A stretch of 63,240 bases of DNA, the filler included, from Dimargaris cristalligena (lineage: Eukaryota): NCBI GenBank assembly GCA_003614675.1. It is 3 parts of 3 records of this genome, joined end to end, with 100 filler letters (N's around TTAATTAATTAA, not from the genome) between each part and the next. Parts side by side here need not be neighbours in the genome. Positions count along the whole stretch, not along the records: positions 42,268 to 63,240 come from ML002678.1; 2 more parts are not named here. One strand, given 5' to 3'. Position 1 is the first letter of the stretch. Each line of letters starts with the position of its first letter. The position numbers were made by a program, and so were the translations under genes. The notes below the pieces were generated by a model that had not been told where the DNA came from, did no database searches, and saw only the letters and a program-made list of their open reading frames with translations. This document shows, piece by piece, positions 50,715-63,023 of this stretch.

Positions 50715-53528
50715 TGCCTTACTCGTCTTATTCTGGATTATTTTTTAACTCATGGTACTTTTTTACGGTTATCTCACGTATACATTGCGGGTTTAAAACC
50801 ATGTAACTGTCCACTGAGTATCTGCTGGTTTTATTCACCCATGCATTGTTTATTATTTTTGTGGCAGTCTGTCCACATTTATGTTTTTTTACAAACAAAT
50901 AGTTTAGGTCATATTGCATTATCCGTTGGTATTTACCTGTAATTTGATGGACTTGTTCTTCACTTTGCTGCTCATTGGATTAGGCAATCCCAGCGATATC
51001 TAACCATTGGAAATACACGATCGTTTGGTATCCTGATAAAAGCACCTTTATTTTGGTATGTAATATTTTTAAATCTATAAACCTGTGCTACAAGTCTGCA
51101 AACAATATAATTAGAAAGTAAATTGGTGGTTGTTTAATGCCCTGTTGGAATGATGCCTGCGCTGGACCAACCTTTATATAAGATTTGGAGTGGGCAAGGC
51201 AGTGTGCATTTGGTACCAAGTAGGTCACTTGGGTAGCGGACTTCCCATACTACAGACTACCAGAAACGGCAGATCTGTATGAATATAAAGCCCAGTAGTG
51301 TGAAATGGGCCGGCTAAGGTCTAATATATACGAGGGCTTCACGTGTTACTATGAAGGTATGGATCTTCCACCGCTCATTTCTCAGGTCGGTGTGTAAACA
51401 TTATCATATGAACTTGGGTGGCTAAGCAGCATTTTATCATATCTTTTTATGATTGCAAATTCGGTTAGTTGATTGCACTTCGTTGGGTTCTACATAAAAT
51501 AAATGAATATAATTACTTCACTATGAAAGTTCGAAGGGATGAATCAAGTGATTCACATATTCCTAAAACAACACGTTTAAAGATATATGAATTGGTTGCA
51601 TTTTTTAGGGAGAACAGCTGTGGAAAGCCAGCTGAATATTGTCACATATAGGCGATTGCAGCAACTATAGGCTAGAGTTTAAATGGTATGGTAAGTGTAA
51701 GATAAAATATAAGCCCTTTAGATGAAATAGACGAGAAATGTGTCGATTCTGACGGCGTATAGTCCAAGTTGAAGTGTAACGGCATTCAGATTCCCCTCCT
51801 TATGATTTCATTCGACTGTTTAATTTGAATCATATATTGGCTAATTAAGAGAAGCACGTACAGATTACGCAGGCCTAATATTTGTGGTCTACCAGGGGAA
51901 CCGTTTTATGGCGCGCTGTAAAGGGAACCCTCGTTATATAAAGTATATATATCAATGAGAGTTTGAGGACAGTTTGAGGACAGTGATCCGCTGAAATATT
52001 TCAGTTATGGTTACGGGATAATTAAATGGATGGCATATACTGTATCCTGCTCCATTTGAGATTAATAAGAGAACGCGTGTGTGTAATGTCATTAAACAGT
52101 CTACAATTAAACCCCCGCGGTTGGCCATCAAATAGACGATAAGTGCGATATATCCAAAAGTCTCTTAATCGTGCTCATGCTGCCGAATACCGAATGGTAA
52201 GTAAACTACAACGCATTTGTGAGGTAACTGTCTCGCTTAATTATTCAATCGACTAATTTGTAAGGCATGTAGGACGACTATAAAATGCCACTTTTTTGGA
52301 TTACAAAGCAAAAATTCGATATACGAACAACCGTTTTTGACCCCCTTTTTAGAACAAGCGCCCTCTTTAATACAGTCAATTATTTTACACCATTCAAAAC
52401 TCTAGCGAATTACTCGTTTATTAAAAAATACTGCTCACAGAAGTGCCATTCCCCCTATTTACTGGCCAACTTTGACCTTTCAATTGTAACTCGATCCATT
52501 ACAGACCTTATCGCTTATAGCCCAGCCCGCCTAACTATCTCAGTCAATCACGAGCCGATCCCGTTATTTCCTGGTCGTTCCTAAAAGGAGCCCACAGGCC
52601 CCACCGGCGTCTCAATACCTAACGCCAGTGTATTGGAATCGAGTGTCAATGCATATTTTAGGTGGTATTATGGGGAATTCGGCACCTATTGTATAAAAAC
52701 TATGGTCATTGCAGTATCCTGCACTGTCCATTATTTTTCTCTAACGCCTAGGTCGCGGGGTCCTTCTCGAACTCGGCCGCCGTACACCAATCCCTGATAT
52801 TATTAGGCTTGTCGGGTCAGTCCAAGCTATTATACTACCGACCACCCGCCCCTACCACTCCCCCGGCCCATCACCCCTTCTACTTCGGGGCACATTTATG
52901 AATTCGGGACAGTATTCCAAGTTCAGCCACATTACTACCTCTGGCAGTCGAAGAGGGGCATTTCTTTTATCCGCCTGCCTAAAATTAGCGCAGGGCAACA
53001 AGGGAGAGTTGTCTTCTGTACATACCACTTGCGGTACTTTTCTCAGTGGCCATAGCTTGTCCCATATGGTGGTTACAGCGGGCTAGTCCGTGTTACACTA
53101 GCTAGCATGGTCACCATTCTCTGTCCTACCGACTATTGGTACTACGCCGCTATTTTATGCCGTTAACATGGACAAAACCCACCCAAGTGTAGCGACAGCA
53201 TGCCTATCATGAATTTCAGCACCGCCTATTGTGTTTCCGGAGGCATAGAGCGACTATTAATCAAATCCATCGGTTTCATGGTATTCTGGCCGGCCTCCCC
53301 AATTGCCGAAACTAGGCGATGGTGGCAGTATACGGCCCTGACCCGACTATACCCGCCCCCCTAGTTACCGATTATTATAAATACAGCAAGGCCAAGCCTC
53401 TCTTCCCCTCTCATTATCCCACACAACCACCCCTTCTATACTCTTATTGGTTTCTCAGCCTATTCTTCAGCAACTCACACCATCACGACCAACAACAACA
53501 GCATAAGCCACTGCCCAACACTCTCATC

Positions 53529-53759
53529 ATGGCCCGCTTCCTGTCCCCCATCGCCCTGTTTGCCCTCGTCTTTGCCGTTTCGGCCGTTACTGCCCAGAAC
53601 CCTGCCGAAGCCCAGGAGACCCTTCACCGCCGTGGCTTTTTCTCTCATCATAAGAAGGCAATCTTCGGCACCACGGTTGGTGGCATTACCGCAGGTGGTG
53701 TAGGTGCCCTGGCTGGTGGCCTGATTGGTAACCACTATGACAAGAAGAGCCGTAAATAA
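53529..53759 (+). CDS. 76-aa secreted precursor: signal peptide + pro-peptide ending LHRR + 41-aa cationic glycine-zipper peptide
   Basis: TATAAA 53376-53381; MARFLSPIALFALVFAVSAVTA|QNPAEAQETLHRR|GFFSHHKKAIFGTTVGGITAGGVGALAGGLIGNHYDKKSRK. Confidence 0.85.
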   Translation: MARFLSPIALFALVFAVSAVTAQNPAEAQETLHRRGFFSHHKKAIFGTTVGGITAGGVGALAGGLIGNHYDKKSRK

Positions 53760-56594
53760 ACGAGCTCGATCCCCCTGTCTCCGTAGCAGCCGATAGAGCG
53801 ATGTGCTTGATGATGGATATTGGCGGCCCGCTTGGTGGGCGTCAGTTGGTGTGCCATATTTCAAACAAAGTAGGCTCAAAGTCGTCAACAGTATATATCT
53901 ACCCCACCATTACTTATGCTATTATGATGCATACTAGATGCAGGCATAGTCCCATTTTCACTTGTTTATAACCATGTTCGCCCATTTTCTTTAGTTGGCT
54001 AGAGAAGAGTGTCCGATTTGTATATTCCCAATAAATTATAGAACCGATGGAACTCTTAGACACCCAATTATGACAATTAGCTGATTATAATGGGCCATCT
54101 GGATATGCCATGGTGTTGCCCAATTCACTATCTAGCTGTAAAGATCATGGTTTGTATATTACTACGCAGGCCTCACCATTGCAGAATTGGTAATGGGTTA
54201 TTTTGTGTGTGTGGTCAACCAAGATTAGCCGGTGTCCCGAGTATGGGGCTATTAAACTAAAAATATGTAAGTGGTGGGATGGGAGAGGGGTATTTAAAAA
54301 GAACGAGATGGTTAGGTCCCAAATGAGACACATGAAGTTGCAATCGGCCTACCCTGTGCAGTGAAAGTCACTGGCCCTGGAAGTAAAGGTTCGGGGTGAC
54401 GTTGGAACCCCGTGTTAGACACACCCCAAGGGTTCTGCCGACTCCGACTAGTAAGTCGACATCCAATCCGATGGATTGGATTATCAGCGGAGTGATAGAT
54501 AAATGGTCTTTAACTGTGGAGAGTAAAAGGGTTGTTTTTGGTTTTTGCGGATTTCTTCCAATTCAACTCTCCTTCATTTATTCAATATTCGCCCGTAGTT
54601 CTCAACAAGCCCAGTCTGGTATATGGCTATGTAATCCTGTCTCCCATGGCTCTAGTATATTTGACCAACCCGAATCATACTATCGTTAATAGGGCTAGAT
54701 CCCAAAGTGGTTCCCCCATTCCTGCACCATAGGAATTGGCACAGTCGTTTGGGAGGTTGTGAAAGCCGGCGGCTCATGCAAAGCCTGGGAATCGGAGGCT
54801 GAGGGCTGGATTTGTTACACGGTTAAAAGCCCAGCAGAATAGGGTATACCGATTTTTCGCCTGCGCGGATAATAAGCCGACGGTGTTCATTGTTGGAGCT
54901 TCTTCCGGCTCTTCATGATGGTGTCTTCGGCGGGACTATTTGAGTGTATAAACTAGGTTTGGGGCCATTATGGCCTTCCAAACGAGATTTAATGGTCGAT
55001 TTTGAAAGCCGTAGAACTAAGCGAAGGTAAAACACACCGTGGTAGCTGGAATAGTTTAGGGTGGGAAACGCGGAGGTCATCGGCCTGCAGCTTACATGCG
55101 TATACCACCCATGGGGAACCACCTTATTTCTCCCCACATTCGAATTGCTTATACCAACTCGTTGGTGAGTGGCTTGGGTCTGTTGTAGAGATATGCTGGC
55201 CAATCTATTGCGAGGTGTATTTTTATATCACTCTGCTTTACAGATCCTTGTAGACCCCTCGAACTGAGCGCACTCGGAGAACGAAGTATTTGAAAACCAT
55301 GATTTTGGTGATGGAAAACGTATGTTTATTAGAGAACGCGATATGCTAACCAATTATACAAAGGCATGGATAGAAATTGAAGAGGATCTGCCTTTGGTGT
55401 TAAGTGGGCAACTTGCGTCGCTGTTCTTACAAGCCAGATCGTCCCAGAAACATGTGTGTCATTCGAGTATTGGTCAGGTTGCCATCTAATCGGACTAGTT
55501 AAGATTAAACCTCCCTGGTATAATAGTGGGATGACTAGGTGGGCACTGTAGCCTCTGGCTCTGAATGGTGAAGCGAGGTTCCGGGGGAAGAGGCACCTAA
55601 ATATATGAATAAATCCAGGGTTTTTCATTACGATTTGCCAAAGCGGTGAATAGGAAACCCTCGGGCTTGCCCCCCGCGAACAACGGGGATTGGCATCGGA
55701 TGTGCTAACAGTTTCGATCTAGTACGGCCGAGATCATGGCGAATGCTCAGTAGTATAGCTAATTTATGAAATACCCCAGGTTTGGAAAGTGACGATCACC
55801 GATCCTTCACACGCATTTGAAGGGCTTTTTTGTGACTTTATAATACGCTTAAAAGGGGAAGGGTTAGGCCAGGGCGACTCAAAGCGAAGGACTCGGCGTG
55901 GCATTAGCCAACCTGGTTTATTATGGCGGGGATGTCGCACCATACGCCGTGTAGATCATTGGCAACCCTAATCAATGTGACCTGCCCTTTTCCGCACCCA
56001 ATAACATATGGCGCTGGCGTGGTTTGCGACGACCTTTCGGAATTTCTTGAGGGCTAAAATAGGATCAAAATAGCGTAAGTAAACCAAATCAACTTTAGAC
56101 GGATCAAATTATGCGCTTTTTTTACCACTATAATACTGCAAGATCCATGTTGCCGAAATTAGGTCAGGGCTAATATATTATGGAAAGAGATCCTCATGTT
56201 CAATGTATACATTTACTATACTTCGCCACGCCCCCCCTCCACTGTAATGGACATCCGAAATAGCCTACTCACTAATCTGTAATTGGTGCTTTTGGTTGCA
56301 CTGACTATGCCCAGAATCCTCTCTATTTGGCCTCTGTGTCCTCCAATGGCCCTGCGGAGGAGGTCCTTTTGACCCTCTCCCCTCCCCTCTTCCTTTGCTA
56401 CTTTAACTTATTCAAAGCATTTACAGTCTCCTTCTACCTCTACCTCTGCCCCTGTTTCAATTCGCATCCTTTAGTTAGCTTGTCCATAATCTTAGTACTT
56501 TGTTCTGCGTGGTTTCATTACCCCTTCCTCTCCCTCTGTCACTAATATATATATATATATATTTCCTTTACAAACACACCTTCATGAGCCCGAC

Positions 56595-58286
56595 ATGGAA
56601 CCATTAACGACTCTACTCCTGTTCTGCGGGGCCATGTTTCTCGGTTCCCTCGGTGTGGGTCTCATCCCCCTCTCCCTCTCCCTCTGCGGCTCCCGCCTGC
56701 ACATGTTTAGTGTTTTTGGCTCGGGACTACTCCTCGGCACGGCCCTTTTGGTCATTATTCCTGAGGGAGTGGACTCCCTGTATAAGGCAATGGAGCCCGC
56801 CACCAAGCCACTTTTGGGGTCGGATGAGCATTCCGACGTGCATGCCTCGGAGTCGTTACTAAGTGCCCACCAGTGGATCGGACTTTCGCTTACCCTTGGG
56901 TTTGCCTGGATGTTCGCTCTCGATACGTTAATCTCTATTTTGACCAACGCCCCCCACCACCTCCACCATGGGCATACTCACGGCCCTTGTGACTCCAGTG
57001 GCGAGTGCAACGAGGATACTGACCTACTGGAACGCCACCGGACCAGCAGTGAGCAGCAGCACTCTGGTCCCAACCATAGCCATAGTCACAGCCACAGTCA
57101 CGCCCAGCCTCAGATCACCGAAATCTCACTCACCACCACCCTTTCCAGCTCAGCTGAGGGCAGTATAGCCTCCACCATGGAGGATCACTCCAGCAGTCCA
57201 ACGGGTTCCCGGATTCAAGGACGAAGTGACGGTACACAGAACCTTTCTACCACAGTTGGCTCGGGCTCAATGTCGGTGGCCCGTTCCAGAGTAACCCACT
57301 CGTACCACGGCAGTCGACCGGGGTCTCCCGACCCCCTGGCCGCCCACCAGGAAATTGATATTCTGCCCTCCTCCGAGGATACAACGGCAGCTGAAGCCGA
57401 AACGGCTCTCTTTGCAGCCCCCCCGTCCGGTTCAGCCTCTAGTAAGCAACGCCGCTCCCCCACGACAACACCAACCACGACGACGACGACAAATTCTCAC
57501 CGCCATACCCACGGCACATTCACCTCGCTGCTCTCACCCGCCACGATCGGCATGTTGATTCATGCCGCTGCTGACGGTATGGCTCTGGGTTCGGCCACCG
57601 CCACGGCTTCCGCGGAGGCCGATTCCTCGTCCAGCGGACACGACCATGGTCACGTTCACGTCCACGGGGGCGGCGGATCGTCCTCAGGGATGTCCCTTAT
57701 TATTTTCTTTGCCATTTTACTTCACAAGGCGCCCGAAGCCTTCGGCCTATGCACCCAGTTACTCCAGGAGGGCCAGTCCCGGCCGGCCATTAAACGGACC
57801 CTGGTCGTTTTCGCCCTGGCCGCTCCACTCATGGCCCTGGCCACCTATGCTGCGACGGGACTAGTTCGGCTCGGGGCCGCCTCGACGGGACCGACTGACG
57901 ATGGAAGTGCCGCGGAATCAACCATCCTGATGCGGAAGTTCACTGCCCTGCTGCTCCTCTTCTCCGCGGGCACCTTCCTTTACGTCGCCGCCGTGCACTC
58001 GCTCCCGGAAACCATGTGCAATGACCTGCCGGAGGAGGATACTTGCGATACGCACCACCACCACCACCACCATGCGGCACACCCGAACCCGGCTGGGCAT
58101 CCCCATTCCCGGATGATATCCACACGCTCATCCATAGACCTGGGAGGTGTGGAATCCGATCTCAACCCGGCTCCTACATCCGGGCTACATTTTACTCAAT
58201 TCCGCCGCCATCTTTTGAAAAGGCTGGGGGTTTTACTAGTAGGAATGTTCCTACCCCTGTTCATTTCCCTAGGCCACTCCCATTAA
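56595..58286 (+). CDS. ATX2: ZIP family Zn/Mn transporter, ZIP9/ATX2-like, with long His-rich loops
   Basis: GSGLLLGTAL..IIPEG, IGMLIHAAADG.ALG, AILLHKAPEAFGL, LLFSAGTFLYVA, C-terminal GHSH. Confidence 0.88.
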   Translation: MEPLTTLLLFCGAMFLGSLGVGLIPLSLSLCGSRLHMFSVFGSGLLLGTALLVIIPEGVDSLYKAMEPATKPLLGSDEHSDVHASESLLSAHQWIGLSLTLGFAWMFALDTLISILTNAPHHLHHGHTHGPCDSSGECNEDTDLLERHRTSSEQQHSGPNHSHSHSHSHAQPQITEISLTTTLSSSAEGSIASTMEDHSSSPTGSRIQGRSDGTQNLSTTVGSGSMSVARSRVTHSYHGSRPGSPDPLAAHQEIDILPSSEDTTAAEAETALFAAPPSGSASSKQRRSPTTTPTTTTTTNSHRHTHGTFTSLLSPATIGMLIHAAADGMALGSATATASAEADSSSSGHDHGHVHVHGGGGSSSGMSLIIFFAILLHKAPEAFGLCTQLLQEGQSRPAIKRTLVVFALAAPLMALATYAATGLVRLGAASTGPTDDGSAAESTILMRKFTALLLLFSAGTFLYVAAVHSLPETMCNDLPEEDTCDTHHHHHHHAAHPNPAGHPHSRMISTRSSIDLGGVESDLNPAPTSGLHFTQFRRHLLKRLGVLLVGMFLPLFISLGHSH

Positions 58287-59143
58287 TTTGGAAGGGTGGG
58301 TTAAGGGGATTGCCATACCTCCTCTTTATTTTATTGTAAGGAAAGGGGCAGCGACGGTTTTATCTTGGCTTTGCTCAACGCAGTTTCTAGGAACTAATTA
58401 TTTTACATGTCCTCCAGTCGATCCGCATCTAAACTCCGCTTGGAATCACTGGATTATACCCAGGGTTACGAGTAATGGTGTATCCCTGTCCCACACTATA
58501 ATATCAGCTAGATTTAATTTTTAGTTTCTCGTTTTTATATATAATTGATATCCAGACTAGGGACTGCATGATTGGGCCTTGAGCAATTTTCTTTACATTC
58601 TATTATCTCTCTCTCTCTTATTCGCCTTGCTTTTGTGTATTATAAATTACAACTCGCTCATTAGATAAATTCACTGACGATTTAATGGGAAATATAGTTT
58701 CAGGATGTAGTATTGATGCTCGACAAGCTACTCAAAGGGAAATTTGGAACTCGAAAAGGTATCGATTATTTGGTCATGATAAATATTTGGTCCAAAAAGA
58801 TGACCGGGGTGTCCTAGCGACGGCAGTCGTGATCCAGTCTTAACACCTCGGTGAAATCCCGCGGTGCAATATTTTGCTTTTGACGCCCATTCAGTCGACT
58901 AGGTCACAATCCTTGGGTTCTTTAGAATCAGTTTTATTTTTTGGATAGCATTTTGAAAAATGTGTGGTGGTTAAGCATTAAAAAACACCTTCAATTAACA
59001 CCTCAAGGAAGGCAGTCCCGCCAAATAGTCCGCATCGGTGCAAAAATGAAATGGCGGCTGGATCGCTGGCATCGTCCAACTTGATTTAATGTAACAAACG
59101 TTGGATTGGGTTGAGTAAGGCCACTGTACCTTTTCTGGTGGAT

Positions 59144-59906
59144 TTAGTTGGCGCCTACTCCTGGCCGGGTGACTCGAATATTATACTTCTTCTGAAATGT
59201 GTTCATTTCCTCTTCCTTCTTCTTGTAGGTCTGCAGAAGTTGGTCAATAATGCTCTTGATGCCGTCAAAGTTGGTGGTGAGGGCGGGAAGGACTTCCCCC
59301 ACCGTGCGTTCGACAAGAACCCCGCCAACAAGACGGAAACATTTCCGGTCATTGTTCATGGGCTTCATAGTGTCAATGACCAATCTAATGCAGAGGTACA
59401 CGGGGGAGATGCAGTTAAAACACGTATTTGAAGGGTGGGGGGGTTGAGTTGGTAGGTGGGGCCATGGTGACGGAGTAAAAATCCTGAAAATCAGCCTAGG
59501 CATAGCCAGCGGTGAACTATAATGCAGGTCGATTAATCCATTCGGGTTGTGGCGGTCGGTTGGGTCAGTATCGGGCAAGGGCGGTTGGCTCTACTGCAGG
59601 GCTTTAATCGGCTATACCTTTGGGGTAGGGCGGGGGAACATTCGTTTCAAGCGAATCATGGGATCTCTCCCCATCTCACTACACCGTCAACTGACCCCGA
59701 AACCACTGCCCAGGAGTCCATTCCCCTCGACGAATATTACCCCAATGTGATGTTCCAACTTACTTATGCTCATCGACTTCCATCTCAAGTTCGCCGACTT
59801 TTTGGGCGATCGATTGGAGCTCCTGTTTCATGCCGTTGAATTGAGCTACGATTTCTTGATCGGAGGGTCGCTTAGCGCCCGAGGAGGAAGATTGTTGGCT
59901 CGACAT
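59144..59906 (-). CDS. GIM4: Prefoldin subunit 2, 2 exons (59906-59764, 59384-59144)
   Basis: ELQSIAQKVGELEMEVDEHK|LVIDTMKPMNNDRKCFRLVGGVLVERTVGEVLPAL. Confidence 0.95.
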
Positions 59907-61883
59907 GGTTGAAATGGAATGAGGTTGGGCGAATAGGTAAAAGGGGTCGAAGAATGTTGTATAAAAGCAATGGGGATGTGTCGGAGAAAAGTACTCTTAG
60001 GATGGAATCCGGGCTTGCAAACAGTGGCGGCAGCCAATTTGGAGGCCAGGAGCAATTGGCAGACGGCGGTGGTCCCAGTGCTGAAGGAGTGTTGAAAGTT
60101 TGGTGGGTAAAGTGGCCTGGGAGGAGGGAAATGTGGATGAGGGCCTACTTTCCCTTTACGTCTGGTGACGAGTTTTGTACTATACGATTTAGTATGTGTT
60201 TGTGAGAAGAAATGTCTCCACATGGTCCACAGAAAGATATTTTAAAAAAATCAGATGTGGCCGTTAACAGTGTAGTATACCGCCTGGAATGCCATGCTTA
60301 ATTTGACAAACCTATGTTAAACCTGAATGTATCTTGTCAGCGTCTATTCTGGCCATTTCTATCTTATAAATGTTGAAAATAATTTTTGCCTCTATATTTA
60401 TTGATGTATTTCCAACGAATTTATTACACTATAACTTTTACTTTCAGTTATTGTGTATCCCTTTTGTTAACCAATTGTCATTCTTATAGCACTCGAGTTT
60501 ATATATAAATGACTGTAATTCTACGAATGAAAGGCATCAGTCGTCAACCCATTAAAGTTTCCAATTCAAAAAATGACGTTTTTATTATTCACTAGGAACT
60601 TTGAAGCATTTTTGCTGATGCGATTATTTTTCCCCTGTAGCCCTCCCTTTTCATCACTAGTCTTGAGTTTCAGCACTCCCGAATCCAGTCCGTCTGTGTC
60701 CTCGAGAAATCCCACGCCTGTCGGTTGAGGACCCTCCACATTGGCGCCAAAACATCCTGAAAAGGCAGTCAAGCCCACCATTCGCACTCCAAAGCCTGGA
60801 ATATCGAAGGTGGAGAAACCCAGCACTACATATCCAGGTGGTTACCTGATCAATTAATAGGTAGAAATCTTAAGAAGTAACGATTCATAAATAGTCGTAC
60901 GTTGCAGATGGTGCGCATGGTTCATTTTAGTCATATAAAAGCATATTTAGTGGCAAACTAGTGTTCCATCTATGATATGAAAAGGGGAAAGACGGAGTCT
61001 AGCCGGGGGATTTATCGGAGAAGCGACGGAACCGGCCAATAGGGCCTCGACTGCCTCACTTTTGACATTCTACTGCAATTGAGCTGTGGCGGATAATATC
61101 GACCAACAGCTACTATTGTATGGCAATCCAGTTGTTATAATCGGCGGCTGAAATGACTAATCGACACTGCCCTCATAAGTATATATAACCATAGAATTTC
61201 AGCGACCAATAGGGTTCTTGACTCAATGTAGCCACAGTCCTGACTTTAAAGTGTTTTATGGTATCACGTCAAAATATTGTGCGGCTTGCAGCTACGTGTA
61301 TCGGCTTATAAGAGCGAGTTCCTTTTTATACAGTCCTCTATTTTAGCATTAAAAGACCCGACTCGCTGTAGCTCGCCTATATCGGACCTAGTCTTGTCAT
61401 TAAACCAAATTATTACTTTAGCCAGGCGGGAATGTATTACCTGTTCACCAATTCCCGAATATAGTGAACGTATATCATGAGTCGGTGTTCGCAATTCAAC
61501 TTCGCATCGAAATACCGAACCTCTCCTTCTACAGTCATTAGCGAACCTCCTGCAGTACCATTTCGAATTCCACTAAAATACAAAATGGGATCACCATTGT
61601 ATGCTCGAATTCTAAAGTAAAATGAATTGCGATCATCGGCCTTTAGAGAACCCGGATGGAAAGTGCAATCCGTAGTAGGACTGCAGGGCGCCTATTACCT
61701 AATCGCATTGCCCTTAAAGGCGCATATCCACTAGCAATTAGTGCAGACTAGGGCTTCCCTATTTTTTGCTATATAAGACTATTGTCCCGCTGCTTTCTGC
61801 AACATCAATCACATTCTCAACATTCACTCGACACCCAGTTATCATTTAAAATCCCACTTCAATTATCGCCCGCCGTGCCCAAC

Positions 61884-62246
61884 ATGAAGTCTATTTCCAT
61901 CATTGTGGTTCTCCTCGTTGCCGCGGTTGCATTTAACGGTGCCACTGCTAAGAAAAGTAGGAACTCCTCTGGCAAAGAAATAGGGAATGGCTCTAAGAGG
62001 TCGCCTGTCAATCAAGATGTCCAGGGCAGCACCCCATTGGGCCAAACACAGAATCCTGGAAGTGGAGGTGGCGAAAAAAGCACTCTGGGCCAATCCGGTG
62101 GAAGTTCCAGAGCTAGTTTTCTGCTGAGCTCCAAATCACCTGCCCGATTGACAGGTAGTGACCTAAGTCTTCCCAATCCCGACAATCTTAATATGACCAG
62201 TGATGCTCCTGCTGTTGCTGCTGCAAACACGCCTGGCTCAAACTAA
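61884..62246 (+). CDS. Small secreted Ser/Gly-rich protein (hypothetical), KR site at SKRSP
   Basis: TATATAA 61770-61776; signal peptide MKSISIIVVLLVAAVAFNGATA. Confidence 0.65.
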   Translation: MKSISIIVVLLVAAVAFNGATAKKSRNSSGKEIGNGSKRSPVNQDVQGSTPLGQTQNPGSGGGEKSTLGQSGGSSRASFLLSSKSPARLTGSDLSLPNPDNLNMTSDAPAVAAANTPGSN

Positions 62247-62604
62247 ACAGCCCTCTTGACTTCTGATGCCAACCTCTCCCTTTCCAGCTAACCATTTATA
62301 TATTACCAGTGAATATGTCAGTCTATGCCTTCAGTAGCCTAGCTCTACAGTTTATATCATGGATCAATACTCACTAATTGTGAAACAACACAAGTGATTG
62401 CTGGATTCCTAAATAGTTTATTAGTACTTGGATTTTCTACATTTGCTATTCCACTACCTCTATAGTAAAATGACTTAACAATAAAGAAGGTATATAGCAT
62501 TTTAGTTTTGGGAATTTTCAATGGGTAATACAGTCAGTATATAAGTTAATTTTTATTTTATATAATATAGAGATAGATTCAGGGTATATTATTTATTAGA
62601 CTAT

Positions 62605-62858
62605 CTAATCTGCCTTAATCCAGTTGGCTTAGATGCCCAACTATATTAAGCCTTATAATATAGTATTAGCTTTCCCATGGTTACCCCCCAGCATTATAGA
62701 ATCATCCCTTATTATGTAACCCTTCTCCTTCTGGACTTTACCTGTTTACACTAATTACTGAAGTACTAATTTATTAGACTCTTCTGGCTACCATTAGAGT
62801 CTTCTGAATACTAATAACTATCTAGTTAGCCTATTTACTTATCCTATAGTCTTAATAG
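62605..62858 (-). repeat. Inverted copy of the 39940-40205 repeat family
   Basis: ctggctaccattagagtcttctgaatactaataactatctagttagcctatttac aligns with 40801-40876; no CpG seen. Confidence 0.75.
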
Positions 62859-63023
62859 TGTAGTGAACTTACCACATTTTTTACCTACTCATATTTTTTA
62901 TCTATTCTTCACACTTATTAGAAGTACACCCCTGGCAAGTGGATGAGCCCCTGCCCCTATTAAGTATAGTCATTGTTCCTCTATTTTCATTATTATAGTA
63001 TTTTTTCTATTAGTATATTATAT
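62859..63023 (+). mobile_element. LTR-like element end starting TGTAGTGAAC
   Basis: Aligns with 42028-42167, with a ~24-nt indel. Confidence 0.5.

Noticed and set aside
13150..53759. Functional clustering of glutaminyl cyclase with the Gln-initiated secreted precursor
   Set aside because: They lie on different, artificially joined contigs
60573..60858. Pro/Lys-rich plus-strand frame with one TGA after a TATA box
   Set aside because: Short, low complexity and without a signal peptide or domain; too weak to add to the in-frame stop set
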